From Myxococcota bacterium (GTDB taxonomy: Bacteria; Myxococcota_A; UBA796; GCA-2862545), in the NCBI GenBank assembly GCA_039208735.1, contig JBCCQY010000041.1:1-64000 (forward strand): a stretch of 64,000 bases of DNA, read 5' to 3'. Within the stretch, counting starts at the first letter, position 1, and the number at the start of each line of letters is the position of its first letter. The position numbers were made by a program, and so were the translations under genes. The notes below the pieces were generated by a model that ran no database searches, was not told the origin of the DNA, and worked only from the letters and a program-made list of their open reading frames with translations. Below are positions 50,236 through 58,364 of this stretch, piece after piece.

Positions 50236-51173
50236 CGCCGCCGCTTTCGTTCACCTGGGCCGAGGTCGTTGATCGGCTAGTTGCCGAGCGGGGCAGCCTC
50301 GCCGAGGTGGTTCGGGTGGTCTACGATCGCGCACCTGGCGAGCTTCCTTCGGATCCCTCCACCGTGGAACGGGGGCTGCGTCGGTTGCGCCAGCGGGGCG
50401 CGCAGTCTGGGGAACGCTACGGACGGCTGTTGCTGCGAACCTTTGGATTACCCGCTTCCATCGCGGCCTGGGCCCAGGCCTTGGGCACCTACCACGGACC
50501 GCTCAACGACCTGCCCCTCGCCAATCGCCGAGAGCTTCTCGAACTCTGGGATCGACCTCCCTTGGCGGAATCCGACCACGCGGTATGGATCCACCTCGCC
50601 CTGGCCTCAGTGGCCCATCACGATGGGCGGCTCGACGACGCAGATCGGCGGCTCGAGCTGGCGGCGTTGGGCATGGGCCGGGCCGGGCCGGCGGCTCGGT
50701 TGGAATGGGCCCTGTTCTCGGCCCGTCGCCTCGCACACCAGCGACGCATCCCCGAGGCGATCGCCCGGCTGGAAAACGTGGAAGAAACGATCGATGAGGT
50801 AGAGGAGCCGGACGGCAGCTGTTACCGAGCCCGCTGGCTCGACCAACGGGCGTACCTTGCGGCTCGCGGGTGGCGGACCCATCCGCAGGCCCTGGAACGA
50901 TCGGCGGCCTTTCGCGAGGCGATTCCGGATGGCCCACATTCCTTCGTTGCCTTTCGGCGTCACCTCGGCTTGGCCTGGATCCGCTGGCGTCAGGGGTCCA
51001 AGGAGCTTGCCGTCGACCACGGTCAAAGGGCCTTGAGCATCGCAGGGGATGCAGGTCGTTTGCGCCTACGGGCCACCGCACTGCGGCTACTCGCCCGGTT
51101 GATCCCCGAGCGACGACGTACCCTTGACGCTCGAGCCCAGGCGATTCTCGAGCAGCTCGACGGCCGGTCGTGA
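50232..51173 (+). CDS. Hypothetical all-helical protein (possible N-terminal HTH plus TPR-like helices)
   Basis: Long ORF coupled to the EEP gene by GTGA; helix-rich; STVERGLRRLR motif. Confidence 0.65.
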   Translation: MTPPLSFTWAEVVDRLVAERGSLAEVVRVVYDRAPGELPSDPSTVERGLRRLRQRGAQSGERYGRLLLRTFGLPASIAAWAQALGTYHGPLNDLPLANRRELLELWDRPPLAESDHAVWIHLALASVAHHDGRLDDADRRLELAALGMGRAGPAARLEWALFSARRLAHQRRIPEAIARLENVEETIDEVEEPDGSCYRARWLDQRAYLAARGWRTHPQALERSAAFREAIPDGPHSFVAFRRHLGLAWIRWRQGSKELAVDHGQRALSIAGDAGRLRLRATALRLLARLIPERRRTLDARAQAILEQLDGRS

Positions 51174-51424
51174 GTCGGATGGTGGTCTTGTACGTGGCGT
51201 ACCCGTCGAATCGGCGGCTGGGCTCGCCAAGGTCGAAGCCATCGCGATGGTGCCGCTGACGGCCGCCGCGAAGCTCCAAGACGATCTACGAGTCCGGCTG
51301 GGAGGGTCGTGAAGCGATCGGGCGAAGGCCTATGCGTAATCTATATCGTGACATTTTTTTCGTGTATTTGTTGTCGGTCTTGATAGAGTTCGGGGACTCA
51401 TCCGTTGACCGCAGGAGAGCAATC

Positions 51425-51910
51425 ATGATGGTTTGGATGTTGTGGCAGGCTGCGTTCGCTGTCGAGCTGGTTCCCACGCACGAAGCGGCTTGGCGGCCGG
51501 ACGTCACACCGACCTGCGATCAGCACGAACCCACACCCTCGGCCCCCCTCCAGATTCGCCGGTGGCCGGCCGATTTAGCGGCATCGAAGATCGACGGCTG
51601 GCCAGCCCGTCGAGTGGCACTGGTTGCTCCCCCGGAGTGGATCCGTCTCGGGTGGCGGGGGCCGAGCCGGTTGGCCCGCCCGATGTTCGTCCGGAGCGAA
51701 CGACCGAGCCTCGAGGCACACTCCGATGACGGGTGCGCGTTCGGGCTGGCTAGGCATCGCGATGAGCTTCCGCGGTGGCGGCTCAGCGTCGCGCAGCACG
51801 AGCCGGAGCTAAGTGAGCTGCGTTTCGATGTTTCCCTGCTCGAGCACCAGAAGAATCGATGGAAGGGCGCGCGGTATCCCGAGAGAGTGCTCGATCCAGA
51901 CGTGTGGTGA
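51425..51910 (+). CDS. Hypothetical exported protein
   Basis: AGGAG RBS; signal-like MMVWMLWQAAFA; AT-rich upstream region. Confidence 0.5.
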   Translation: MMVWMLWQAAFAVELVPTHEAAWRPDVTPTCDQHEPTPSAPLQIRRWPADLAASKIDGWPARRVALVAPPEWIRLGWRGPSRLARPMFVRSERPSLEAHSDDGCAFGLARHRDELPRWRLSVAQHEPELSELRFDVSLLEHQKNRWKGARYPERVLDPDVW

Positions 51911-51956
51911 CCTCACGACGGGCCTGGTCTGGCTCTGGGGCCGACCCCGTCAACCG

Positions 51957-53486
51957 CTAAACCTCGGCGAGCAAGGCCTTGGCAAGCCGGTCGTAGTCTT
52001 CGTCCCGATTGTAGATTTGGGAGGAAAGCCGCACGTGCAGCAGGTCGTGGATCGACTCGAGCTTCGCCTCGACGCGATGACCGTCCCACAGGCGCTGCAT
52101 CCACTCCTCTGCGTCTCCCCGTGGCTCGCGAGGCAGCGCCAGCGTCTCCATCTGAGCCGTCATCGCTCGTGGAGCGATCCGGGGCACGCCAAGTTGCTCA
52201 CTCACGATCGCCGCGAAGCGGTCGCCGCGATCGCGGTTGTAGACCCGCAGGCGGTCCAAGCCCCCGAGTTGCTCCACAAAGTCGAGCGCATCTTCGACGG
52301 CAAGCCACGCGGTCACATCCCGCGTGCCGATCCAGTCGAACGCCTTGCGTCCCTGGCCATAGAAGTGCGACAGCTGCAGGGGCACGAGCGAGGCGGGGTC
52401 GCGAGCGTAGAGCACCGCGACCGCCTTGGGGGCAAACAGCCATTTGTGCAGGTTGCCGACCCAGTAGTCCGCACCGATTGCGTCGACGTCGACCGCGAGT
52501 TGACCCGGCGCGTGAGCCGCGTCCACGACCACGGGCACGTCTCGAGCATGGGCGAACGCCACCATCTGGGCGATGGGCGCCACGAGGGCAGTGCCTGACG
52601 CGAGCTGATCGAACACGGCGATTCGAGCTCGATCGGGCCATTGGGCGGCCAGCGCGTCGAGCATGGCTTGTGGCCCAGGGCACGGAAATGGCAGGTCGAT
52701 GGTGTGGATGCGCACCTCGAACCGGTCTGCGAGGTACCCCAGCAAGCGGGCGACGCCACCATACACGGCGTTCGTCGTCACGATCGTGTCGCCCGGGTCG
52801 AAGTTGATCGACCGCAGCACGGTGCTCATGCCCGACGTGGTGTTCTCGACGAGCGAGAGGTGGTCGGGATGGCCGTGAAGCACCTTCGCAATGCGTTCCC
52901 GGACCGGATCCATTCGGGGTCCGAGGCCCATCATGAAGCGGACCGGCTGGGCTTCGAACTCCAGGACGAGGCGTCGTTGAGCCTCGAGCACCACCTTTGG
53001 GGTGGCACCGAAGGAGCCGTGGTTCACGAAGGCCATGCCCGACTGCAAGGCGAAGGCGTTCGCCCAATTCGGGTCGGCCGTGAAGCGAAGGCCGCGCGCC
53101 TCAAGCCAGGGTTCGATGCGGGCGCGCAGCTGGTCCCGTGTGGTGCGAAAGGCATCGAGGCGCTCGGTTCGGGAGCCGGTGACTGCGTTGGGATCGGGAA
53201 GCGGCCAATGCAGTCGCTCCACGCGATCTGGGTAGGCGGGGCACACCTCCTCGTCACACAGCGTGATCACCACGTCTGGTTCAGACACGTCGAAGGACGA
53301 TTTCGAGGCCTGTCCTGTGAGATCGACGCCCACCTCGGCCATCACCGCGGTGGCTTCCGGACGCAACGGGGCAGGGTCGGAACCGGCCGAGTAGACCGTG
53401 ACGTCCGGTTGACTCAGGGCGCGCACCCAGCCCTCGGCCATCTGACTACGAGCCGAGTTGGCGACGCACATGAACAGAATCCGCAT
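51957..53486 (-). CDS. Fusion of an ArsC/LMW-PTP-type arsenate reductase domain and a class V PLP aminotransferase-fold enzyme (CefD/Egt2/cysteine desulfhydrase-like)
   Basis: N-terminal CVANSARSQMAEG, SAGS, ITLCDEEVCP and HW.LPDP; C-terminal NHGSFGATP, NTTSG, DAAHAPG, GNLHKW, GTRD and VRLS.QIYN; single continuous frame. Confidence 0.88.
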   Translation of the reverse strand: MRILFMCVANSARSQMAEGWVRALSQPDVTVYSAGSDPAPLRPEATAVMAEVGVDLTGQASKSSFDVSEPDVVITLCDEEVCPAYPDRVERLHWPLPDPNAVTGSRTERLDAFRTTRDQLRARIEPWLEARGLRFTADPNWANAFALQSGMAFVNHGSFGATPKVVLEAQRRLVLEFEAQPVRFMMGLGPRMDPVRERIAKVLHGHPDHLSLVENTTSGMSTVLRSINFDPGDTIVTTNAVYGGVARLLGYLADRFEVRIHTIDLPFPCPGPQAMLDALAAQWPDRARIAVFDQLASGTALVAPIAQMVAFAHARDVPVVVDAAHAPGQLAVDVDAIGADYWVGNLHKWLFAPKAVAVLYARDPASLVPLQLSHFYGQGRKAFDWIGTRDVTAWLAVEDALDFVEQLGGLDRLRVYNRDRGDRFAAIVSEQLGVPRIAPRAMTAQMETLALPREPRGDAEEWMQRLWDGHRVEAKLESIHDLLHVRLSSQIYNRDEDYDRLAKALLAEV

Positions 53487-53495
53487 GTTCTTTCC

Positions 53496-54911
53496 TTAAA
53501 GCGGCTTTCTTCGATCCGCGCAGATGACCATGACGCGTTGGCCTTCACGCAGCGTCATCGTGGCGGGTGGATTGACCAGCACGTCGTCGGCGGTCTCGAT
53601 CGACATCAAGATCGAACGGTGGTCGTGGAGCAGTTCATGCGACAACTCACCCACCGTGCGGCCCTCCCATCGCTCCGACAACGTTCGGGTTTGGAAGGCG
53701 TTGCCATGGGCTTGGGTGAGGATGTCGTCCAACACGCGCACGAGCCCGCGGTTGCGCTGCACACTGCCTAGGATCATGCCAGCGTAAAAGTCAGCCACCA
53801 CCACATCTTCAACGCCCGCGTTCTTGAGCAGCTCCTCGTTCTGACGGCTGTGCAGTTCGGCCACGGTGTAGATGTCGGGCGCCATGCGCTCGATGGTGAG
53901 CGAGGCGAGAACCGTGCGTGCATCGCAGTCCTGGTTGGACCGTGGAACGAGTTGGTCGGCCATTAAGATCACGGACTCGGCGTAGGGGATCCGCACCGCC
54001 TCGAGTACGGTCTCTCGTGTGTAATCGCCGATGTAGCGGTAGAGGTTTTCGGGGCGGATGAATTCAGAAGGGAACCCTTCGGTCGGGATTTCGACCTCGG
54101 TGACGAGGACCACGGCTCGATCCCATGGGGTGCCGCGTCCAAACAGCTCGCGAAGGACGGTCGCGCCCGATTCGTTCCAACCGCAAACCACGACGTGGTC
54201 GGCAAGCTCGTCGATGTCCAACTCGTGAACCTCCAGCTGTCCGCGAAGTCGGTGGACCATCGAGGCCGAGATGGTCCCGACGAAAACCGCAAACAGCGTC
54301 ATGCCGCCTAGCATCAGGGCCAGCGTGGTGAAGCGGCCCACCACCGAACTGGGGTCACCCCCGATGGGCTCGCCCCCGATGAGGCTAAACGTGGCGTACC
54401 AAAGCGATTGTCGGAAGGTCGCGAACTCGGGATTCCCCATGCCTTCGACCCGCATCAGCACCACCGCGGACAATAGAACGAGCGCGATGGTCGCCAGCAC
54501 CAAGGCGAGCCCCTCGGTTCCCGCCTGCCGAAGCGGCCCTCCGAGGATGCCCACCATTCGCCGACGGAACAGCACGCCCGCTCGGAACAGTCGCAACACG
54601 CGAAGGACGCGAAGCAGCCGCAACGGCCGGGTCCAGGGCAGGACCGCGATGATGTCGATCCAGTATCGAGTGAAGAACCGACGCTTCTTCCGTGCGAGCA
54701 GGAATCGGAGCCCCAGCTCGATGACGAAGATGCCCGTGAGCACATCCCCGGCAAACAAAAGAGCCTCTGGGGGACTTCGCTGGGCCGCTTCGAGGATCGT
54801 CAGCACGATCGAAATCACGATCAACACGAACAAGGCGACTTCGGTCGCAACGTGGTGCAGCATTCGGTCGAGGGACCGCCGTGCTCGCTCGAAGAGTGTT
54901 CGTTGTGCCAC
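53496..54911 (-). CDS. Voltage-sensor-containing ion channel with a C-terminal RCK (TrkA-like) domain
   Basis: S1-S3 helices, S4 RPLRLLRVLRVLRLFR, S5-pore-S6, then HVVVCGWN and GDYT...L..V.I..A RCK; GTG start. Confidence 0.85.
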   Translation of the reverse strand: MAQRTLFERARRSLDRMLHHVATEVALFVLIVISIVLTILEAAQRSPPEALLFAGDVLTGIFVIELGLRFLLARKKRRFFTRYWIDIIAVLPWTRPLRLLRVLRVLRLFRAGVLFRRRMVGILGGPLRQAGTEGLALVLATIALVLLSAVVLMRVEGMGNPEFATFRQSLWYATFSLIGGEPIGGDPSSVVGRFTTLALMLGGMTLFAVFVGTISASMVHRLRGQLEVHELDIDELADHVVVCGWNESGATVLRELFGRGTPWDRAVVLVTEVEIPTEGFPSEFIRPENLYRYIGDYTRETVLEAVRIPYAESVILMADQLVPRSNQDCDARTVLASLTIERMAPDIYTVAELHSRQNEELLKNAGVEDVVVADFYAGMILGSVQRNRGLVRVLDDILTQAHGNAFQTRTLSERWEGRTVGELSHELLHDHRSILMSIETADDVLVNPPATMTLREGQRVMVICADRRKPL

Positions 54912-54952
54912 GGCCCTCTCCTACCGCTTCCGCTCGGTCGTGACTACGGAGT

Positions 54953-55555
54953 TCAGTCCGAGAGTGTTTCACGAACGCGACGGGCTCGATCGACCAGCGT
55001 GCGCAGCGCCCCTCGGTCTTCGAGGCTCGAAGCGACGAAATGCCGACGATCCGCAGCTCGTCGCAGCAGCTCAAAGATCTCGGTCATCCAACTGGCCGAC
55101 AACCCCCGTCCCACAACGCGAATGACGCGTCCGTCGGCCATGTAGAGCGTGACATCACCGGCTCGGTCCACGTCGATCACCTCGATGGCGTCGTAGCTGG
55201 CACGTGCGGAACGGTGTCCACGCGCGGTGAACAGCTCCTCTTCGGTGGGAGGCTGGGAGCGGAACCAGCGATCGAAACGGTCGATGACGAACTCGCCGCG
55301 CCCGAGCCGAACGCGGGTCCATCGGTCTCGTACCGGGATGGTTGCGATGCCGCAGAGCAGGACAAGTCCGGCCGTGATGAACCACCCCGGGAGGCTCGTC
55401 ATGAGCAGGGCCATGCCCCCCACCGCGAGTCCGACAAGCCAGGTCGCTACAACCCCACGGGCACGTTGACGCGTGGCGAACACCGCACCGTGCGGCCTCA
55501 CCACCCGGGCCGCTTCCGGACGGATTTCGGAGGTAGGATCGAGCATCGGACTCAT
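54953..55555 (-). CDS. Hypothetical membrane protein (2 TM)
   Basis: Two hydrophobic helices followed by a small beta-rich domain; start uncertain. Confidence 0.55.
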   Translation of the reverse strand: MSPMLDPTSEIRPEAARVVRPHGAVFATRQRARGVVATWLVGLAVGGMALLMTSLPGWFITAGLVLLCGIATIPVRDRWTRVRLGRGEFVIDRFDRWFRSQPPTEEELFTARGHRSARASYDAIEVIDVDRAGDVTLYMADGRVIRVVGRGLSASWMTEIFELLRRAADRRHFVASSLEDRGALRTLVDRARRVRETLSD

Positions 55556-55845
55556 CGAAGCAGAGCGACCCGTAGACGGCAACGTCAAATCGCAGAGTTG
55601 GAGGATACCGCTACGGGTCGCCATGACCGCCCGAAGGCAGACGGAGCTTCGAAGTGTGTTCGTTCAACACAACGGCGTCGAACTTCCTACCTGGAAGGCC
55701 GAACATCATCGTGTCTACGAAAGTTTAACACACGCTCGTAGCCGAAACGGATTTCCATGATCTTTTTTGTGGACACTCCGAAAATCATGTGCAAGACCAC
55801 CTTTCTTGCCGGCATCGAACCGGTCTGATTCCTGCGGAGGCGCTG

Positions 55846-57276
55846 ATGGCCTGGATCTCGGGACTCGCGATGTTGGCTTGGGCCGCCGATCCTGTCGAAG
55901 CGCCACCCGAATCGCCTGGGATCCCACAGGCCAGTGTCGCGAAAAAGAGGACGAAGAAAGACCCCTTTAGCCCCCAGGCCCTCAAGAAGGCGATGCGACT
56001 CGTGGTTCCGGCGGTCGAGCGGGCGGCCGGAAGGCCCTTTCGTACTCCTCCCGTGGTCGAGATTGCGTCCAATGAAGCATTTGGACGCATCCTTCGTGAG
56101 GAAACCCGCCTGATTTACGACGCTGTCCATAAAGATACGCCCAAGGAACTACGCGAACGCATCATTGCAGAGGAACAGGCCGGAATTGGTCCAGGTCTCC
56201 TTGGGAAGTACGCGGTGTTTGAGGACACCTTGTACCTCTGCGAAGGCAATCTTCGAAGAGCAGCGATCGAGGGCGAAGTAGCGTCGCTTCCCGATCTGGT
56301 GACGGTGGTCCTGGCGCACGAATTGGTCCATGCCCTTCACGACCAGTACGTCGACTTGGCCGAGATGATTCGACAGCTGCCGGACCGCGACGGGCTGTGG
56401 GCGGTGTCAGGCACTACTGAAGGCCTTGCCAACTGGGTCGAGGGTCGTGTTGCGGCCGAACTTGGACTGGTCAAGGTGCATGAGAAGATGAATGCGCTGC
56501 AAGGGTGGAACGACGACGGTCCGCAAAGGGCAGAGGCGTTTCGCATCTGGTCGCACTACGGCCAGGGCAGCCGAATGATGGCTTACCACTTTGCTGAGGG
56601 CGGCATCGACAAGGTCTGGGAGGTGGCCGCGCAGCCTCCCGAGACCACCCGAGGCCTGTTTCGGCCCGAGACGTGGCCGGCGCGTCGCTCCCCACCCACG
56701 CTGGACTACCGCATGGTGCTTCGCGGTACCGAGCAGTTCGTGACGCGGGGCGATTGGTTGACCTCCATCTCGCCACTCGGCGAGGGTCCGCTATGGGCCG
56801 AGGCCTATGGCGCAGGTGAACCTGGGCGGGTGGACGCGGTCTTGGGTCGCGTGAACGAGGCGTGGTCCCTCGAAGGGGTGCGCCCCGACCGTCAGGCTCA
56901 GATTCGCATCCTGACCTTCGATTCGGGCGAAGGGGCCCAGGAATACCTGAGTCTGCTTCGCGCCAGTGACGAAGGGCTTGCCGCGCGCCTCGGCTCACGA
57001 CTCGAGCGTGAGGTCAACGTGCAGACCCGGGCCTTCGACCAAGTGCCGGGTGACGTGGCCGCGAGACGGGATTCGGTGGTGGTGGGGTTGTCGGGAACCC
57101 AACTGGAGCGGTACTCCGCTTGGGTGGTTCGCAACAACACGATGGTGGTCGTGCTGACTGAGAATTTTCGACCTGGGCTTCGCTTGGGCTGGGCCATCGA
57201 GGCGGTGTTCGACCGTCTCGAAGCCGTGCGAGCGGGAAAGACGTTGGCGCCTGCGAAGTCGGAGCCGCGGCGATGA
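55846..57276 (+). CDS. Exported zincin-like metallopeptidase-domain protein
   Basis: Signal peptide (MAWISGLAMLAWA); LAHELVHAL.DQ (HExxH) with downstream TEG.A and Y..G. Confidence 0.75.
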   Translation: MAWISGLAMLAWAADPVEAPPESPGIPQASVAKKRTKKDPFSPQALKKAMRLVVPAVERAAGRPFRTPPVVEIASNEAFGRILREETRLIYDAVHKDTPKELRERIIAEEQAGIGPGLLGKYAVFEDTLYLCEGNLRRAAIEGEVASLPDLVTVVLAHELVHALHDQYVDLAEMIRQLPDRDGLWAVSGTTEGLANWVEGRVAAELGLVKVHEKMNALQGWNDDGPQRAEAFRIWSHYGQGSRMMAYHFAEGGIDKVWEVAAQPPETTRGLFRPETWPARRSPPTLDYRMVLRGTEQFVTRGDWLTSISPLGEGPLWAEAYGAGEPGRVDAVLGRVNEAWSLEGVRPDRQAQIRILTFDSGEGAQEYLSLLRASDEGLAARLGSRLEREVNVQTRAFDQVPGDVAARRDSVVVGLSGTQLERYSAWVVRNNTMVVVLTENFRPGLRLGWAIEAVFDRLEAVRAGKTLAPAKSEPRR

Positions 57277-57878
57277 GTGAGGCGCGCGAGGCATTCTTGG
57301 ATGGGCTCGTGTCGGTGGGCATCACGGATCCGCGCGTCCGGAAGGCGTTTGCGGCTGTGGATCGGGCGCAGTTCGTCCCCGACGTCCCCGCTGACTGGCT
57401 TTACGAAGATGGGGTGCTCCCCGACGGCGTCCACCACAGCCAGCCATGGACGGTGGCGCGTTTGTGTGGGTTGTTGATGGTGGGGTCGGGCGACCGGGTG
57501 CTCGAGGTGGGGACCGGTTCGGGATACCAAACGGCGGTCCTTGCTCATCTCGATCCGATCTCGATCGTGACCATCGAGCGGGATCCGGAATGGGCCGAGA
57601 GCGCACGAAAGCGCCTCGTCGAGTTCTCGAACGTCATTGTGGTCACCGGCGATGGCCGCGAGGGCTACGCGCCGAAGGCTCCCTACGACCTCATTGTGGT
57701 CAATGGCGCGGTTCAGGTGACCCCACCTGCATTGCTCGAGCAGGTGGCGTCGGATGGTCGGATTGTCGTGCCCATCGGTGCCGAGGACGAACAAGAATGG
57801 CACGTGCTTGAGCGGATGGATGCCGACACCTGGGAGCGCACGACCCACGGATCCGTCCGCTTCACCCATCTCGAGTGA
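57273..57878 (+). CDS. pcm: Protein-L-isoaspartate O-methyltransferase
   Basis: GI.D.RV..A...V.R..FVP, SQP, VLEVGTGSGYQTA, GDG..G....APYD.I.V and V.F..L motifs. Confidence 0.92.
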   Translation: MSEAREAFLDGLVSVGITDPRVRKAFAAVDRAQFVPDVPADWLYEDGVLPDGVHHSQPWTVARLCGLLMVGSGDRVLEVGTGSGYQTAVLAHLDPISIVTIERDPEWAESARKRLVEFSNVIVVTGDGREGYAPKAPYDLIVVNGAVQVTPPALLEQVASDGRIVVPIGAEDEQEWHVLERMDADTWERTTHGSVRFTHLE

Positions 57879-58364
57879 CTACAGGTCGCGAACGCCTCGA
57901 TATCCACGGTTGTGGTAAAGCAACGGGGCCCCGGGATTCGAGACCGCTTGCTCCACTTCACCCATGAAGATGCTGTGGTCCCCCATCTCGACGCGCTGAT
58001 GCACGCGACACTGGAGCCAGGCCACGGCGCCGCCCACGACCGGTAGGCCATCTTGGGTGAGGTCCGTCGCCAGTTCCCCAAAGTTGGGGCTTGGGTCGCG
58101 GCCCGAAGAGGCGAACCAGTTCGAAGCCTCGATCTGCCCTTCTCCTAGGATGCTCACCGCGAACCGTCCCGTGGCCTCGATCATCTGGCACGCGCGATTA
58201 GGGGCATTCAAACAGACACTCACGAGCGGGGGCTCGAGCGACACCGACGTGAAGCTCGACACGGTCAACCCAAACCACAGCCCGTCCTGGGCCACGGTGA
58301 CGACGGTGACCCCAGATGCCCAGCATCGCAACGCACCTTTGAACGACTCGGGATCAGTCACCAT
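57879..58364 (-). CDS. Flavin reductase family protein
   Basis: ASGVTVVT, GLTVSSFTSVSLEPPLV, GDH.IF.GEV and PLLY motifs. Confidence 0.92.
   Translation of the reverse strand: MVTDPESFKGALRCWASGVTVVTVAQDGLWFGLTVSSFTSVSLEPPLVSVCLNAPNRACQMIEATGRFAVSILGEGQIEASNWFASSGRDPSPNFGELATDLTQDGLPVVGGAVAWLQCRVHQRVEMGDHSIFMGEVEQAVSNPGAPLLYHNRGYRGVRDL

Noticed and set aside
51170..51312. Possible small ORF or gene remnant after the helical protein
   Set aside because: It is short, with no convincing RBS or motif, so I cannot support it.
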